Positions 36,975 through 50,318 of a stretch of 64,000 nucleotides of DNA are shown in pieces. The position numbers were made by a program, and so were the translations under genes. The DNA comes from Lama glama. Its lineage: Eukaryota. How positions within the stretch are numbered: the stretch's first letter is position 1; each line of letters begins with the position of its first letter. The notes under the pieces were generated by a model. It had not been told where the DNA came from, did not search any database, and saw only the letters and a program-made list of their open reading frames with translations. The stretch lies in the NCBI GenBank assembly GCA_028534125.1, contig CM052818.1, positions 5,768,001-5,832,000 on the forward strand, given 5' to 3'.

Positions 36975-37290
36975 CAGCTCACAGTTCACAATACTCACAC
37001 CAGAACAGCCTTGGGTGCTGGTTTAAATGCAGATTCTGGGACCCTACGTGGATCTATTCAGTGGGGCTTTAGGGCCAGCTTTGAGACATGTTTGGGATGT
37101 GCTATAAAGCAATCCATCCAGAATCTGGCTGATAATCAGAATCAGATGTGGGGCTTTCAACAACACATAGTCTGGGGTCCCACCTCCCAAGATTCTGTTC
37201 AACTCGGTGTGGGGTGGAAACCAGGAATCCTTAATTTTAAGTCCCTGGGTGATTCTTAGGATTTGTCAGCCAGGTTTGAGAACTACTGGT
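36975..37290. mobile_element. MER5-like hAT-Charlie MITE fragments
   Basis: aaatgcagattctggg...aggaatccttaattttaagtccctgggtgattct...gtttgagaactactg. Confidence 0.6.
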
Positions 37291-38511
37291 TCATAGCTAT
37301 TTTTACCCAGAGACAAGGTCAAAATCATTGCAGAAAAATGTCGAGGTTACATGCATGTCTAGTTCCCAGCCTGAGCATCTGAGTCAGAATTTTTCAGGGT
37401 GGCTCCTCTGTCTGTGACTCTCCTAGCCAGTCCTGATGGAGGAAGTTTAAAGCTCGGTGAATGCCGAGTGAAGCTTTGGTTTCTCTGCCTTCCTTCAGGA
37501 CTCACTGATTCTGGACTTGGTTGCCCCTCACCCCACTTAGGGTTACCGGGGCAGGATCGAAAGGCTCCACAGCTTTGTTCTTGCTTCCTCACTTCTTGAT
37601 GGTTTTTGTTGTCTGCTCTTTAGTATCAGCAACCTGCGTGTAGGAGCTGCTCAGTAAATATTTTGAATCAAACTGCCATTATTTGGCGATCACTACTAGA
37701 GGAACTGGCATTGCAAAAAGACGTTGTCTCCCCTCCTCCCCTACCAAGAGCTTTTCCTGTACCTGCATCAAGATTATGTAGACTCTGTGTCCATGAGTCT
37801 CCTTCTGTTTTATAACTGAAATTTGTATCTTTTCTTTTTCTTTTTTTTTAGATTCCATATATATGTTTTCTATGATAACATTTACAAATGTCTGTTTTAC
37901 TTATGTTTATAATGTAAACAAATCAATACGCACTTGTTCGGGATCCACTGGACAACCATTTACGTAAGAGAGTGTTGTCAAGTGATTGCAGCATCCCCAC
38001 TTGTACCTCTGACCCCTGTGGCACCGAGTGAGGACCACTGTGCTTAACTTTTCATGTGGCGGCTCTCCAGTTGGGTGCACAGCCCCTTCAGGGAACTGCT
38101 GAACATTTCCAATGAGATCCATGAGCGGTCCACTCAGCAGTGACTATGAAGGTAGGGTGGGGTGGGTGGGGATGGTGACTGGGGAGACATACTAAGTTTG
38201 ACAAAGCACAGTCAAAATACTTACTGATTTCACAATTCAAATTCCATAAAGTCAGACCTAACACAGTAATTTTCGGGCCTGGTGTAATCAGGTTCACTGG
38301 GGTGTCAAAGGGGTGGAGGTAAAACATGACAGAAAAGGGTTTGATTCCTTCCTTGGGTTTTGCTGGGAGACTCCTTTGCCTCTGCCTTCTGGGCATTTCC
38401 ATGAGGCTGTGCCATCTCTTGGCTTTGCTCTGGTGGAGGCCTGTCACAACACAGGTCCCTCTCTCTTCTCCATTTTAATTTAATTTAAATTAATTTAATT
38501 TAATTTATTTA

Positions 38512-38875
38512 AATTTTGGGTGAGGTAATTAGGTTTATTTATTTATTTATTTTAAAAATTATTTATCTATGTTTTTATTTTACAGATTCATATTTTTTAA
38601 ATTGAAGTGCAGTTGATGTACAATATTCTGTTACAGGTATGCAATACAGTCATTCACAATTTTTAAAGGCTGTACTCCATTTATAGTTATTATAAAATAC
38701 TGGCTATATTCCCCATGTTGTACAGCACATCCTTGTAGCTAATTTTATTCCTGACAGTTTGTACCTCTTAATCCTCCACTTCCGTATTTATTTTTCAAAT
38801 GGAGGTCCTGGGGATTGAACCCAAGACCTCGTGCATGCTAAGCGTGTGCTCTACGACTGAGCTATATATCCTCCG
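38512..38875 (-). mobile_element. Vic-1-like SINE interrupted by an L1 3' fragment
   Basis: SINE head about 38795-38875, L1-like 3' sequence about 38590-38780, SINE tail (gaggtaattaggtttatt) about 38512-38550. Confidence 0.75.
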
Positions 38876-40969
38876 CCAAGCTTGGCGCTGATGTCCAGCC
38901 CGCCCTCCCGGTTTACTTGAGCAGAATTAACCACCCTGGGTGTTGCAGATAGGCTGAGCAGCTTCATAGCTAACACCTGTCTGTTACTTTGTGAGAGGCA
39001 TTTGCCGACTGCTTCGAGAAGGGGCTGAAAATGCCTTCCGCTACAGTTACAAGGAGTCCGGCTCAGAGGGTGAAAACCGCGGGCTGATGGCCGGGCCAGT
39101 CCCCGCCCACCCACCCCAGTGGTAGCGTCTTCAATCAGCGCAGCATGTACTTGGCACGGGCAGTTTTTAATCCTTTGGCTCTCTCCATGTGTGAGCGGGA
39201 CTGGGACACCCAGGGGCAAACAAGTTACTTAAGGCCAGTTCTCAAAGCTCGCAGATTTCAAGTAGTTTGCATGTCACGTAACCATGCATCATCTGAGTTT
39301 TTTTAAAGGACTCGTAAGGTGCCAAAATGCCACCAGAGTGAGTGGCTAAGTGTTCAGATCAGGTCGTTCACAAATGAGCTTTCCGTGTGGTGTTATCTAC
39401 ACGAGGGTCCTTGTTCCAAAGGGCTGAAAAATAACTCATTGTAGTGAATGACGTTACTCTGCACCGATTCGGAGACGCAGAATTGAGGGACATTAACTGG
39501 CTCCTTCCTCGTGAGGCTCCCTCTTGTGAGGCTGGATTATTGGAAAATGGTGGTTATCAAGAGGACGCTTTTGTCAATTTTAGTGGATTGGATGCTCAGC
39601 TTCAAATTAGAGGGCTTTTTTTTTTTCTCTCTTTTCATTTAAATGTCCTTGCTTCTTGAAACACTAATAGCGGGGAAAGGACAGTAAGTGATTGCATATG
39701 GAAAGTGAGAATGCTCACTAATTTCAGCAGGAAAGGTCGAGCGGTTCCAATAATTATGCTTGTGTAAGTGTAGCTTTTCACTTTGAGTTGAGGTTACATT
39801 TCTTTACACTTCAGAACTTTATTCCAGACCATATGCCTTCCTGGTATCCAACTGCTATTGTCCGTATCCCTGAAGGGAATATCCTCTTAGAAAATGCAAA
39901 GGAAAACTATTCATACAAGCAGGGGTTTTGCTCCTTTGGGAAAATACAAGTCATGCTGTAAAGCAGTCTTGTTATGAAAAAACCAAGTCAGATTTCCTAG
40001 TAGAGAAACTTCAGGTGGGCTATTTTATTGGAACATCACAGGGATATAATGTATTTTTGTTTATCAGCTTTTTTTGCCTTCCAGGAATGCTAGCTTCCCA
40101 TGCTGAAATCTTAAATGCATTTGACTGGCTGGTGGTACTGGAACTTCACTGGCATGCGATATGTTTGTGTAACTTTGACTTGGCATATACCTTTTCATGT
40201 GGAAATATTTACGTTTCTGAGGAGCCACTTGAATTTAAGGATCTCATACAATTTGTGGTCTTACCGTGCAGACTCCGAAGGCTAAATTTGCAATTGAAGC
40301 TACAAATTTTGCTGTCAGAAATTACGATGTCTGTTTTTTTCTTTTTTCTTTTTGAAAAACACACACAGTGGCAAAACAAGGTTTCTTTTAATACTTCTTC
40401 TTTCCTATAAAACAACAAAGTGGCAGCATCCCCTGAATATGTGTCTGCTCGTCTCTAAATGTCTATCGACTACCTGATCCATCAGTTCTCCCTGACAAAT
40501 GCCGACAGCCCCCAAGCGTGACAGCCGGGATTAAATATCATCTCTCCCAGGACTGATCAGAAACATAATAACTGCATGATATTCATATTTTGGCTTTACC
40601 TATCTTCGTGGAATATAAATACTGAACAGTGATACTTGTAATGGGAATTTGGGGGATTTAATACGGCCTTTTCCATCAATAAAGTGTTTTATCACCATCA
40701 GATAGTTAACCTCCTAACACATCGTGAACTAGTTAGTTCATTTGGGTTCAAATCTTATATTGCTCAAAAGGAATTTTCCTATGATGTCTGCTATACAGTT
40801 GGAAAAAGTACAGAAGTATTACTCAGAGAGTGAATGCACGAATTTAACACAAAGGCAATACTTAACTCTGCACGCCCCATGTGACCTTTTGAATTGAATA
40901 GCGTGTTAACCTGAAAAAAGTTAGAACAGAAAGCCTTATTTATTTTGAAGGCTTCCTATTTCTCTCCAC

Positions 40970-41100
40970 ACTCAAATAGCTGTGTGACTTTTAGTGAAAA
41001 ATTTGAGCCTCCTAAGCCTCAGTTTCCCCATCTGTAAAGTGGTGATAATAATATATCTTACTTTGCTAGCGTAGTAAAGAGATCAAATGAAGATACAGAG
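40970..41100 (+). mobile_element. MIR
   Basis: agctgtgtgact...agcctcagtttccccatctgtaaagtggtgataata. Confidence 0.75.
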
Positions 41101-44100
41101 GAAGTCACTTGGCCATAGGATTCTAATAATTATTCTAAAAACCTAGCTGAAAGGAGAGAGTGGTTATTCTTTCCCCGTAATTGCTTTAGCATTCTTGGAC
41201 TCAGTGCCTTCTAATCTTCAGCGAGTCACAAATCCCTCTCACAATCATTGCGGTATCTTTGCCTCCCCGCGCCTTTATTTGCATACATTTCTTGAAATCC
41301 TCTTTAAAATATAAATACGTGTATTTTCAAAGGGAATTCTGTGTCATTATCATAAGTGGGATTGCAATACCACTGCTATGCACAGAAGATAATAGTGAAA
41401 ATAAATAAAATAAAAACCAAGCTATACAAGTTGCTCTGGATCACACCCAGTTTTCCCAGCACTGCACGTTGAGAGGCGCTGACTCAGGTGGTGATGACGA
41501 AACTTGCTGAGGCTTTGATCACCGAAGTGGGGATTCTGGGTGGGGCAGGGAGCTGTTCCTGAACCTCACGCTCAGCCTTGCCTTCCATGGTCTTCTCAGC
41601 CCAGATTGTCTGGCTCTAAGGGTGACGAGTTGGAAGCCACTGGGTGGTGAAACCAGGGTAGCTGGAAGGGAGAGGTCGATGGCCAATTAGGCTCTTCTCT
41701 TTCTTTATGCATAAGGGATATTTTTGTGGCGTCTGCTCAATTGGAATGTGTGACTAACCACCAGAGCGGGTCACAGGAGTAAAGTAAGAGACGCCGTAAA
41801 TGCTCAGCCAATAAATAGAGCGTTTTATTGGATCTGTGTCTGTGAGGCGTACTGCACTCTGTTTTGAAAAACAGGGGCAGACTGGCTGTTCTCTGTGTTG
41901 TAAAAAGTCAAAGATTTGCCCAACCTCCAAACTGGGCTTTGAAAATAGAGAGGATGCAGATACATCTGTAAGCTGCTCAGCCACTGTGCATCTGCTTCTA
42001 TGGGGCATAAACGTAAGATGTAAAGTTTCCACTGAGGTTTCCATTTAGACCACGATTGGGGTGGGGGAAAGAAAACCTTGCTCCCACTGCTGGGGCAGTT
42101 TGTCCTCCTCCTCCCGGCATTCTGTTGGCGTATGCACAGAATATAAATTTATTAATCCAATTGAGCATGCTTAAAAAAGGAAATCTGCCATAAAATCACA
42201 TAAAAATTTCTAATCTGTACATAGATATGCATATACTATAAATATATTCTTAATCTGTAAGCTTTTACACCATTATCTACTTTCAAAGGGCTTGGAAAAT
42301 TCCACAGTTACTTGAATCTCAGGTCTATACAGCATGGTTCTTTCAAAGAAGTTAAAAATGCTTTCATATGGCATTTCACCTTGCCATGGAGGTAGGAAAA
42401 AAGGATGCCATAATTCATGCTAAAAATAGATACCACAATTCCATTCTCAGAACAGATAAAACTAAGGTCCAGAGATGTCACATGATGTTTCCCCAGTGAG
42501 TGTGGATTAGAATATGAAGCTTCATTTACCAGAGTTAAGCTTTTGTTTCAAAATTACCCTTCTTGCACAGGGCTCCCGTAGACCCTCTGAGAGCTCCTGG
42601 TGTTCCTCCCACCCCACTTCTTGTCATCATGATTTCAGTACGTTTCGGTTCATCCAGGCAAGGATTTTAATCAATTACTATACCCATATAATTTTGTACT
42701 CATGAAGGCACTTCCTAGAAATAATCCCAGTGATTTATATTTGAGAGTATTTATATTTGAGAGACCATTGATTCTTTTCAATTTTTTATTTAACTCGCTT
42801 GCATAATTGTATTTGTGACTAGTTCGATGCTGTTATATGTTATAAAAGAACAAAAAGTCTTGATGTCCCAACACTTTTATTACTTTCTTCAAGCCATTTT
42901 TAAAGGAAAATAGTTTAAAAGCTTATAGTTTCGTTTCACTAAACACAGACTACAAAGCCCTGAGCGTTCATGATTAGTACGCATTAAAAATTCATCGATG
43001 AAAGTTTGAAATTCCTTAAAATCGTTTGAAATGCCAACAGGCAATTCTCCATTTCCTTGCCATCGATTATAAGAATTCTAAAAAAAAGTATTTCCTTGAC
43101 ATCTGCCTGCCTAAAATCACATCCACCGGACTCAGGAAGCACAAATTAATTATTCTTGTTTTCAGAGCTGGAGCCGTGAAAGCTTTGAAAAAGAAATTGG
43201 CCCAATGTACTAGGCACATTACTAATTCAGAAGTGGAATAAAACTCAGTCTCCACATTCTGAGAACAAATCCATAAGCACAGGGATCATCAATTTCAGGC
43301 TTTTCTGTCCTAGTTATATTTAGCTTCTTTTCTTTTTTGCTGTTATCACACGCAAGCACATCCTGGCTTGTCTGAAATCTATTCTGCTCTCCCAACGAAC
43401 TTACAGAATGTGCCTCCATAAGATGTTATTTCTCTTGTATTCAGACATGTCTCTGAGGCCACGTAAAACTACAGGACGGTGTAAATGATATATTTTGATT
43501 GCAAGGTCTGACTGTTGTTATTCATGATTGAACTCAGAAATACACTGGAGCTGAAATCACATAACAATTCATGAAGAAATGTTTAGATAAAAGTGAACAA
43601 AACAAAAAGTGATTTTAAACATTACAAAGCCTTATTAGTAATATAGTTCAGTCTTCATAAAAATTTCACACAAACAATTAAGGCAATGATTAAGCTAAGA
43701 TGTAGAGCATTAGGTGTATTTTGAGAACACAGGTCCTATAGAATTATTCCTCTTTCATCAAAGAGGTAACAGTTCCCAGTTTATCATCCAAATTTTGTAA
43801 GCGTATGATTAATTGCATTGTTTAAATCCAGCTTTATTGTTTCACAAAAATTCTCGTCAATGATCTTGTATAATCATTTCCTTCTAAAGTAATATACTAA
43901 TTAATTTCAATTAAATATATGTAAAAGAGGATACATTTTGAAAAATGCGTCTCCCTGGCCATTTGTTACTATATTGAAAAAGTGTAAACCTTGACACATT
44001 TAGCATAGAAAATATTCATTTTTGGTAATTTCTCAAGGGGGCAATTTATTAAGTGAAAGGCTTTTAACATTAGCTAAAAGCAGCCCTGTAAATCATGGGT

Positions 44101-44789
44101 GTCATCAAAACGCTTCATCACTTCATTAATTTAAAAGATTATTATATGCGTAACTGACATAATTTTGAACAATGTTACATGGTTAATTTATTAATGTAGA
44201 AAAGCAGAAATGACACGCTGGCTTGATTTATTTTTGTAATTGTATAATTTTAGAACTTTTGCCTACGACTTTCACTAACAGAAGAACTGATTCAGTGTCT
44301 CACGGCTGATTTTATCGAGGCCTCTTCCCTGCTAATGCTTTGCCAGTGGTAATGTCTTCTGGTCACTTAATTTTAAAATATGTTTCTCAGCGTGCAAGAC
44401 AAATCCATTAAAAAAAAATACCTCCTTTTTTATGCCCAGTGGTCAAAGAGAGGATATATACCTTTCCAAAATGATAATTCTGAGATTCCAATTTTTAAAA
44501 ATGTGTTTTGAGCTTTTTAGGGAATGTCATATTATTAAAGGAGTATTGCATTAATTACTTCCATCTCCAAATTACTTCTGCTTTACATTTGATAAGAATC
44601 TCTTTTCTAAACACCTATGCATTTGTGAAAATCACCTTAGAGACTGTGCATTGTAATGAGTTGATTAAATGATTTTCAATGATTCCTGCTCTTTCATCAT
44701 TGTAGTTGCTAAACCTTCCTGGGTATTTTGTGAAAGGCTAAGGAGGTAAGAGAAGTTGGTGGGTTAAATTTTAATCTAACTGTATTTTT

Positions 44790-44933
44790 TTTAATTTATT
44801 TTTTATTTTGTGGGGGAAGGTAACTAGGTTTACTTCTTTTTCTTTTTTTTTTTTTGGAGTTGGTACTGGGGATTGAACCCAGGACCTTGTGCATGCTAAG
44901 CATGTGCTCTACCACTGAGCTATACCCTCCCCC
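44790..44933 (-). mobile_element. tRNA-derived SINE, Vic-1-like, with target-site duplication
   Basis: GGGGGAGGGTATAGCTCAGTGGTAGAGCACATGCTTAGCATGCACAAGGTCCTGGGTTCAATCCCCAGTACC; flanks aatctaactgtattttt / aatctaagagtattttt. Confidence 0.9.
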
Positions 44934-47099
44934 AATCTAAGAGTATTTTTAATCATGCCTAAGAAAAATAATTTTTCCCCCTGTTTAATCCAAATAAAGT
45001 TTTTGTACCATTTTTCCTGTTTTTTTAATAGTTATGAAATAACAATTGAGATAACTTACATAAAACTGATTGTACTGTTTGCAATAATAAACATACTTCT
45101 GAAATATGAATTTATTAAACATTTGTTTATATTCTTGTTTGAGCTTAAGTCTTAGTCACAATGCAACAGGACTGCAAGTCTCAGAGAATCTCCTGCCTAC
45201 TGTTAAATTCCTATAGCTTTTTTTAAGCCACAAAATAGAGATCAGGACAAAGGTCATAAAACCTGTATTTCAACTACAGAGCACTGAATTTCCCAAGCGA
45301 AATACACCCATCAGCTTAATTCACAGCCATAAATACAATCAAATTAGTGACCATGGGAATGTTCTAGATCTCTTGTTATTATAAGCGCATACACAAAACG
45401 GAGGGAGAAAAGCTGTGAAAATGGTAGGCATAATTTCTACATTCTGTTTATTTATGTACATAGAATGAATTCTACCTTAAAGGCTTTTATTTGACAAATG
45501 TCTAAAATTCTAGTGAAATCTCATTTTTCTGTTACAAAATCTCAGCTTGCTACTCTATGCTCAAAAGGTTTACATACCACATAGTTTTAGGTAGGAATTT
45601 CCAAGGGCATATCATTGAAATAAAAGTTCTAGCTAGTATTTAAAGCAATGTAATTTTGCTGCTTACCCCAGCGTTTTGTCTACTGATGTTGAAGCTGGAG
45701 TGTACTTTACAGTATCTTAGATTGAAATTGCCAGTAATCCAAAGAGGCAGCCTCCGTGGATGGTAATAAGTTATTCAATGATTCATCATAAGCACCAGAG
45801 TCGGCCCAGGATGAGCATCTTCTGCTGGGCAGGTTCTCAAGCTCTCCCGAAGAAATATCTGTTAACAAGTTTGCATGACCAGGGAGAGCCTTCAACTAAC
45901 CCCGAAAGATTTTTTACATTTCTTCTTCTGATTCATTTCAATGCTTCTCAGAAAGTACAAAGGTAAAACAATATTTAAAAATATTGTCACCAAACGTTTC
46001 AGAAAAAAATTTATTTGGCACTGGAGTGTCTTGACCTACTGAGTAATTTCTTTTTGACAAATGAGGTGAGGAGGAAGAGGAGTACTTTTTCAATATATGA
46101 GCGAGCGCTGGAAAGGTTAGATACTTTGTTTTCAAACACTGGTGGTCTTCAACAGCCTATGTTTTGCCCAGTTATGAAACCTTTGGTTTGATTATAATTG
46201 ATATTGATAATCAACATGACAATTCTCCCCTTTGGCTTTTTACCTCTTGCTATATCCTAGCGAATAGATCCAAAACGAATCGTCAAAACTTGACTTAGAA
46301 AAATCCCTAGCCACTCCAATAGTTTGGGAAAGGACAGTTAACCACACAAACTGAAACTGGGAGGTCAGTGTGAAAAACAGGACTTAGAGGGGATACCTAT
46401 GGAAAAAACATTGCTACTGACAGTTTACTGAAATCCTCAGTACGATGCTCTAAGGGAAAACGCTTGAAATACATGGTGTGTACCTTGAGGGGTTGAGATC
46501 TAAATTAGCCAGATGAGACAAGCTGGACAGAAAGTCACCGTAAGAAAGCATAGGTCCTCAGAGGGACAAATTTTTGAGGACTATTCACTTTTAAGATTCA
46601 ACCAACTTAGGGTGGAGTTTGGCTCAGAGGGAATAAAATGAATGTCTTCTTTCTCCTCACATGAATTTTCTTCAAGATCGAGCCCTAGAAAATATTTTTT
46701 TGGTCTTCTCAAATCTGTTTTCTGTTCCACTCCTACGGTGAATCTGAGAAAATAAAATCTCTCTATTAATATACAGGGCCAAGAATATATTGCCTCGCAA
46801 TGCCTCTCTGAAGGCGTGAACCTTGAGCCCCGGACTGAGGTGATTGCTCTTTGTGAAAAGAGTTTAGCAGTTAAAACAACAGAGTTCATGTCTTTGCTCA
46901 GGAAAGATTGGCAATTATGCCAAATTATGTCTAATCGTTTTAGAATGTGGAGTAGTGTTTATTAATGTCTGAAGGGAGGTCCTAAATCTCCATTACCACC
47001 CCCGCCCTCGAACTCCAGTTTTGACTTTAACTGTCATTTTAAAAGATGAAAGAGCTGGCTTCATTAAGCAAAGGAGCCTAGAATTTCATTTCTTAATTT

Positions 47100-47102
<3 letters not shown>

Positions 47103-47136
<34 letters not shown>

Positions 47137-47144
47137 ACACACAC
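47103..47144. repeat. (CA)n microsatellite
   Basis: About 20 AC units with one interruption. Confidence 0.95.
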
Positions 47145-47907
47145 CTCTTTCTGTTTGACAAGATGGGTATCTTTCTAAGTTTTCGCCTCATTTGTTTGTG
47201 ATAGTTTATTGGATGTGAAACACAAACACCATTCTCTAGTTGAAACCAGTTTTTCCTTTTTTGTCTTTGTTCCCTCGCACTGTTGGCTACTGTATAGTTT
47301 TTTGTTTTTACTCTTCTTGAGCTCATAAACTAATATGCAGTGTTTGCGAATTGTGGCATTCATTTTAAATGTTGAATTCCTTTTGGTGGAGGGTACATGG
47401 AAACTCTGGATGGATGTGAGGAACATGCCCACAAAAGTCGCCAAACAACAACAACAAAAGAATCCTAGCGGTCCTGGCTTTTTTGTCTGCAGTTTTGCGA
47501 AGGTGCCAGTGTGTCTCAGATGTCTGCTACAGCAAGGTTCAGGTGGGTCTTCGGAAGCAGTTTAACACAACATCCCTGCCTGGTCCGGAAAGTAAGACAA
47601 ACAAAAAGCCAAAGGGTAAGCCAAGATTCAAATCGCCGATGAAAGCAAGAAAGGAGCTGTAGCCACGTGGTCCCCTGTCAGTTTAACTGGGTGAACACGC
47701 ACAGCCCTGGGTTAGAGGCGGGGAGGTGACGGCAGGCTGAGGTGATCCGGAATGTCTGGAGCGAGTGGGATTACAGATGGATGTCAAGGGTAGGTTCAGC
47801 TGCAGGGAGGAGAGATGAGTTTTAAGAAAGTTTTAAGAAAACAAGTTTCTTCACTTATTGTGCTAATCTAGAGCTCTCCATTGCTCCTTAAGAACCCCTG
47901 ACACGTT

Positions 47908-47988
47908 GGGGCGGGTAGAGCACATGCTTAGCACGCGCAAGGTCCTAGGTTCAGTCCCCAGCACCTCCATTAAAAAAGCAAAGCAAAA
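47908..47988 (+). mobile_element. Short Vic-1-like SINE lacking most of the A box
   Basis: ggggcgggtagagcacatgcttagcacgcgcaaggtcctaggttcagtccccagcacctccattaaaaaa. Confidence 0.8.
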
Positions 47989-48599
47989 CCCCGACGCGTG
48001 TTCCGCTAGTTTGATCTGCCCTGTGCTACGTGGGGAAAGGGCATCGGGAAGTTGCATCGGGGGCTCCACATAGTTCCCCGCAGCTTCAGGTTCTGAGAGG
48101 CCTTCTCCGCGTTTGCCATGTGTACACACCGTTCTGATCAGGCTCTGTGGAGGGAAGTGTGTTAAGTCTCAGGAGCTTTGGGTGCCATCCCTGTCTTGGG
48201 GTGTTTGATGGGAGAAGGGGCAGAAACTTGGCCGGTGTCCCCCAGCTCCCCACAGCGTGGGCATGGATGCCACAGTGCCTCGAGGTCCTACATGAGTGCC
48301 AGGAGCGGGGAGTGATCAAGCTCTGCGTCTGCACTGGGGACTGTGAACAGGGGAACGTATGACTTGGCAGGAAACTGAATTACATAAGAAATAACGTGAT
48401 TGCAAAAAATGGAAACAGTCCTGAAGTTTGTACAGTAAAAAGTGCAAGTCTCTGCTATTACATCCTCTCATATTACTGCCCTCCTCAGAGGTAACCATTA
48501 TTGAAAGTTTTGTGTTTACTTAAAACTAAATAAAACACACATGGAATCATATGACTTTTTTTTCTTTTGCTAAATTAGTCCATTTATTTTTTTTAATTA

Positions 48600-48882
48600 A
48601 ACAAAAATTTAAAAAATTTTAAATTTAAGTATAATCAGCTTACAATGTTGTGAATTTCTGTTGTACAGCATAGTGATTCAGTTATACATATGTATATATT
48701 CCTTTTCATATTCTTTTTCAATATAGGTTATTGTGAGATACTGAATATAGTTCCCTGTGCTATACAGTAAGACCTTGTTGTTTATTTGTTTTGTATATAG
48801 GAGTGTGTATCTGCAAATCCCAAACTCCCAATTTATCCCTCCCCGCCACCTCCCCCTTCTGGTAACCATAAGTTTGTTTGTT
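48600..48882 (-). mobile_element. L1 3' end fragment (cetartiodactyl-type)
   Basis: Same family as 20498-20803: tacagcatagtgattcagttatacata...gttccctgtgctatacagta. Confidence 0.85.
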
Positions 48883-49550
48883 ACCACACAGTTTTTGTTT
48901 TTTAACTTATCAATTTAGCTTTCTACATCAGTAAATGTAGATCTACTGTAGTCTTTAATTTTCCATAGTTTGACTGAATGGTGATTTATTTAATCACCTT
49001 CCTATTGGTGGCTATTTAGGTTGTAACGCAGTTTTCACTATAATGAACAATACTGCAGTGAACATCTTGGAATATATTTTTCTCACCTATTCAAGCCTTT
49101 GTATGTTTAGTCCTAAGGATGCTAGGGTAGAAGGCATGGACATTTAAAATGGCAATAATTGTTGTTAAATTGACTCAAAACGATTGCACCAGTTTTGGCT
49201 CTCACAAAGCATTTATGAGAGGACCCATTTTCTCACAGTTTGATGACAGTAGGAGTGACCACTTTTTCTAAATTTTAGCACCCTGATGGGGGAAAAGAGC
49301 ATATTTTTAATTTAGATTATAATTCTCTTAGATTACATATACTTTCACATGTTAATTGGTAATTTATATTTCTTCTTCCATGAATTGCCAATTCGTGGTC
49401 TATTTTATAAAGCTTTTCTACTAGGTTCTTTGTCTTACTGTTTTAAAATCTTTATTCGTGTAAATTTATTTTATATGCCCCTTCAAGAAAACTTTTGGTC
49501 TCAAGGAGTCTAATTATCTGAGTAAGAAGGCAGTTTCCAATGCTGGCTTT

Positions 49551-50318
49551 CCTTTCTCTCTTTCTTTCTTTCTTTCTTTTTTTCTCTTCTTTCTTTACTT
49601 TATTGAAGTTTAGTTGATTTACAATGTTGTCATAGTTCCTGGTATACAGCATAGCAATTCAGTTATACATGCATATATAGTCTTTTTCATATTCTTTTTT
49701 ATTATAGGTAGTTACAAAATATTGAATGTAGTTCCCTGTGCTATACAGTAGGACCTTATTGTTTATCTATTTTATATATAGTAGTTTGTATCAGTTAACC
49801 CCAACTCCTAACTTACCCTTCCCAGCCCTTTCTCCTTTGGTAACCATATGTTTGTTTTCTATGTCCATGAATCTATTTCTGGTGTGTAAATAAGTTCCTC
49901 TGTGTCATTTTTTTAGATCCCACATATAAGTGATATCATATGATGTTTACTTTTCTCTATCTGGCTTGCTTCACTAGGTCCATCCATGTTGCTACAAATG
50001 GCATTATTTCATTCTTTTTAGAGTTGGGTAGTATTCCATTGTATAAATTTACCACATCTTTATCCATTTATCTGTCAATGGACTTTAAGGTTGCTTCTAT
50101 GTCTTGGCTATCGTAAATAGTGCTGCTATGAATATTGGGGTGCATGCATCTTTTTGAATTAGAGTTTTCTCTGGATATATGCCCAGGATGGGGATTGCTG
50201 GATCATATGGTAAGTCTATTTTTAGTTTTTTAAGGAACCTTCATACTGTCTTCCATAGTGCACTGAATTACACTCCTACCAGCAGGTTAGGAAAGTTCCC
50301 TTTTCTCCACACTCTCTC
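49551..50318 (-). mobile_element. 5'-truncated L1 with (TTTC)n tail and target-site duplication
   Basis: TSD ccaatgctggcttt (49537-49550) / ccaatgctgacttt (50319-50332); L1 3'UTR and ORF2-end sequence. Confidence 0.9.

Noticed and set aside
38291..38307. GGTTCActgggGTGTCA DR5-like site
   Set aside because: Second half-site mismatches at a key G; a single degenerate match is expected by chance in 64 kb
42733..42763. Short direct repeat atttatatttgagag x2
   Set aside because: Simple slippage duplication with no further structure
44860..44933. tRNA-like sequence with A and B boxes
   Set aside because: It is the head of a dispersed SINE with an A-rich tail and TSD, not a tRNA gene
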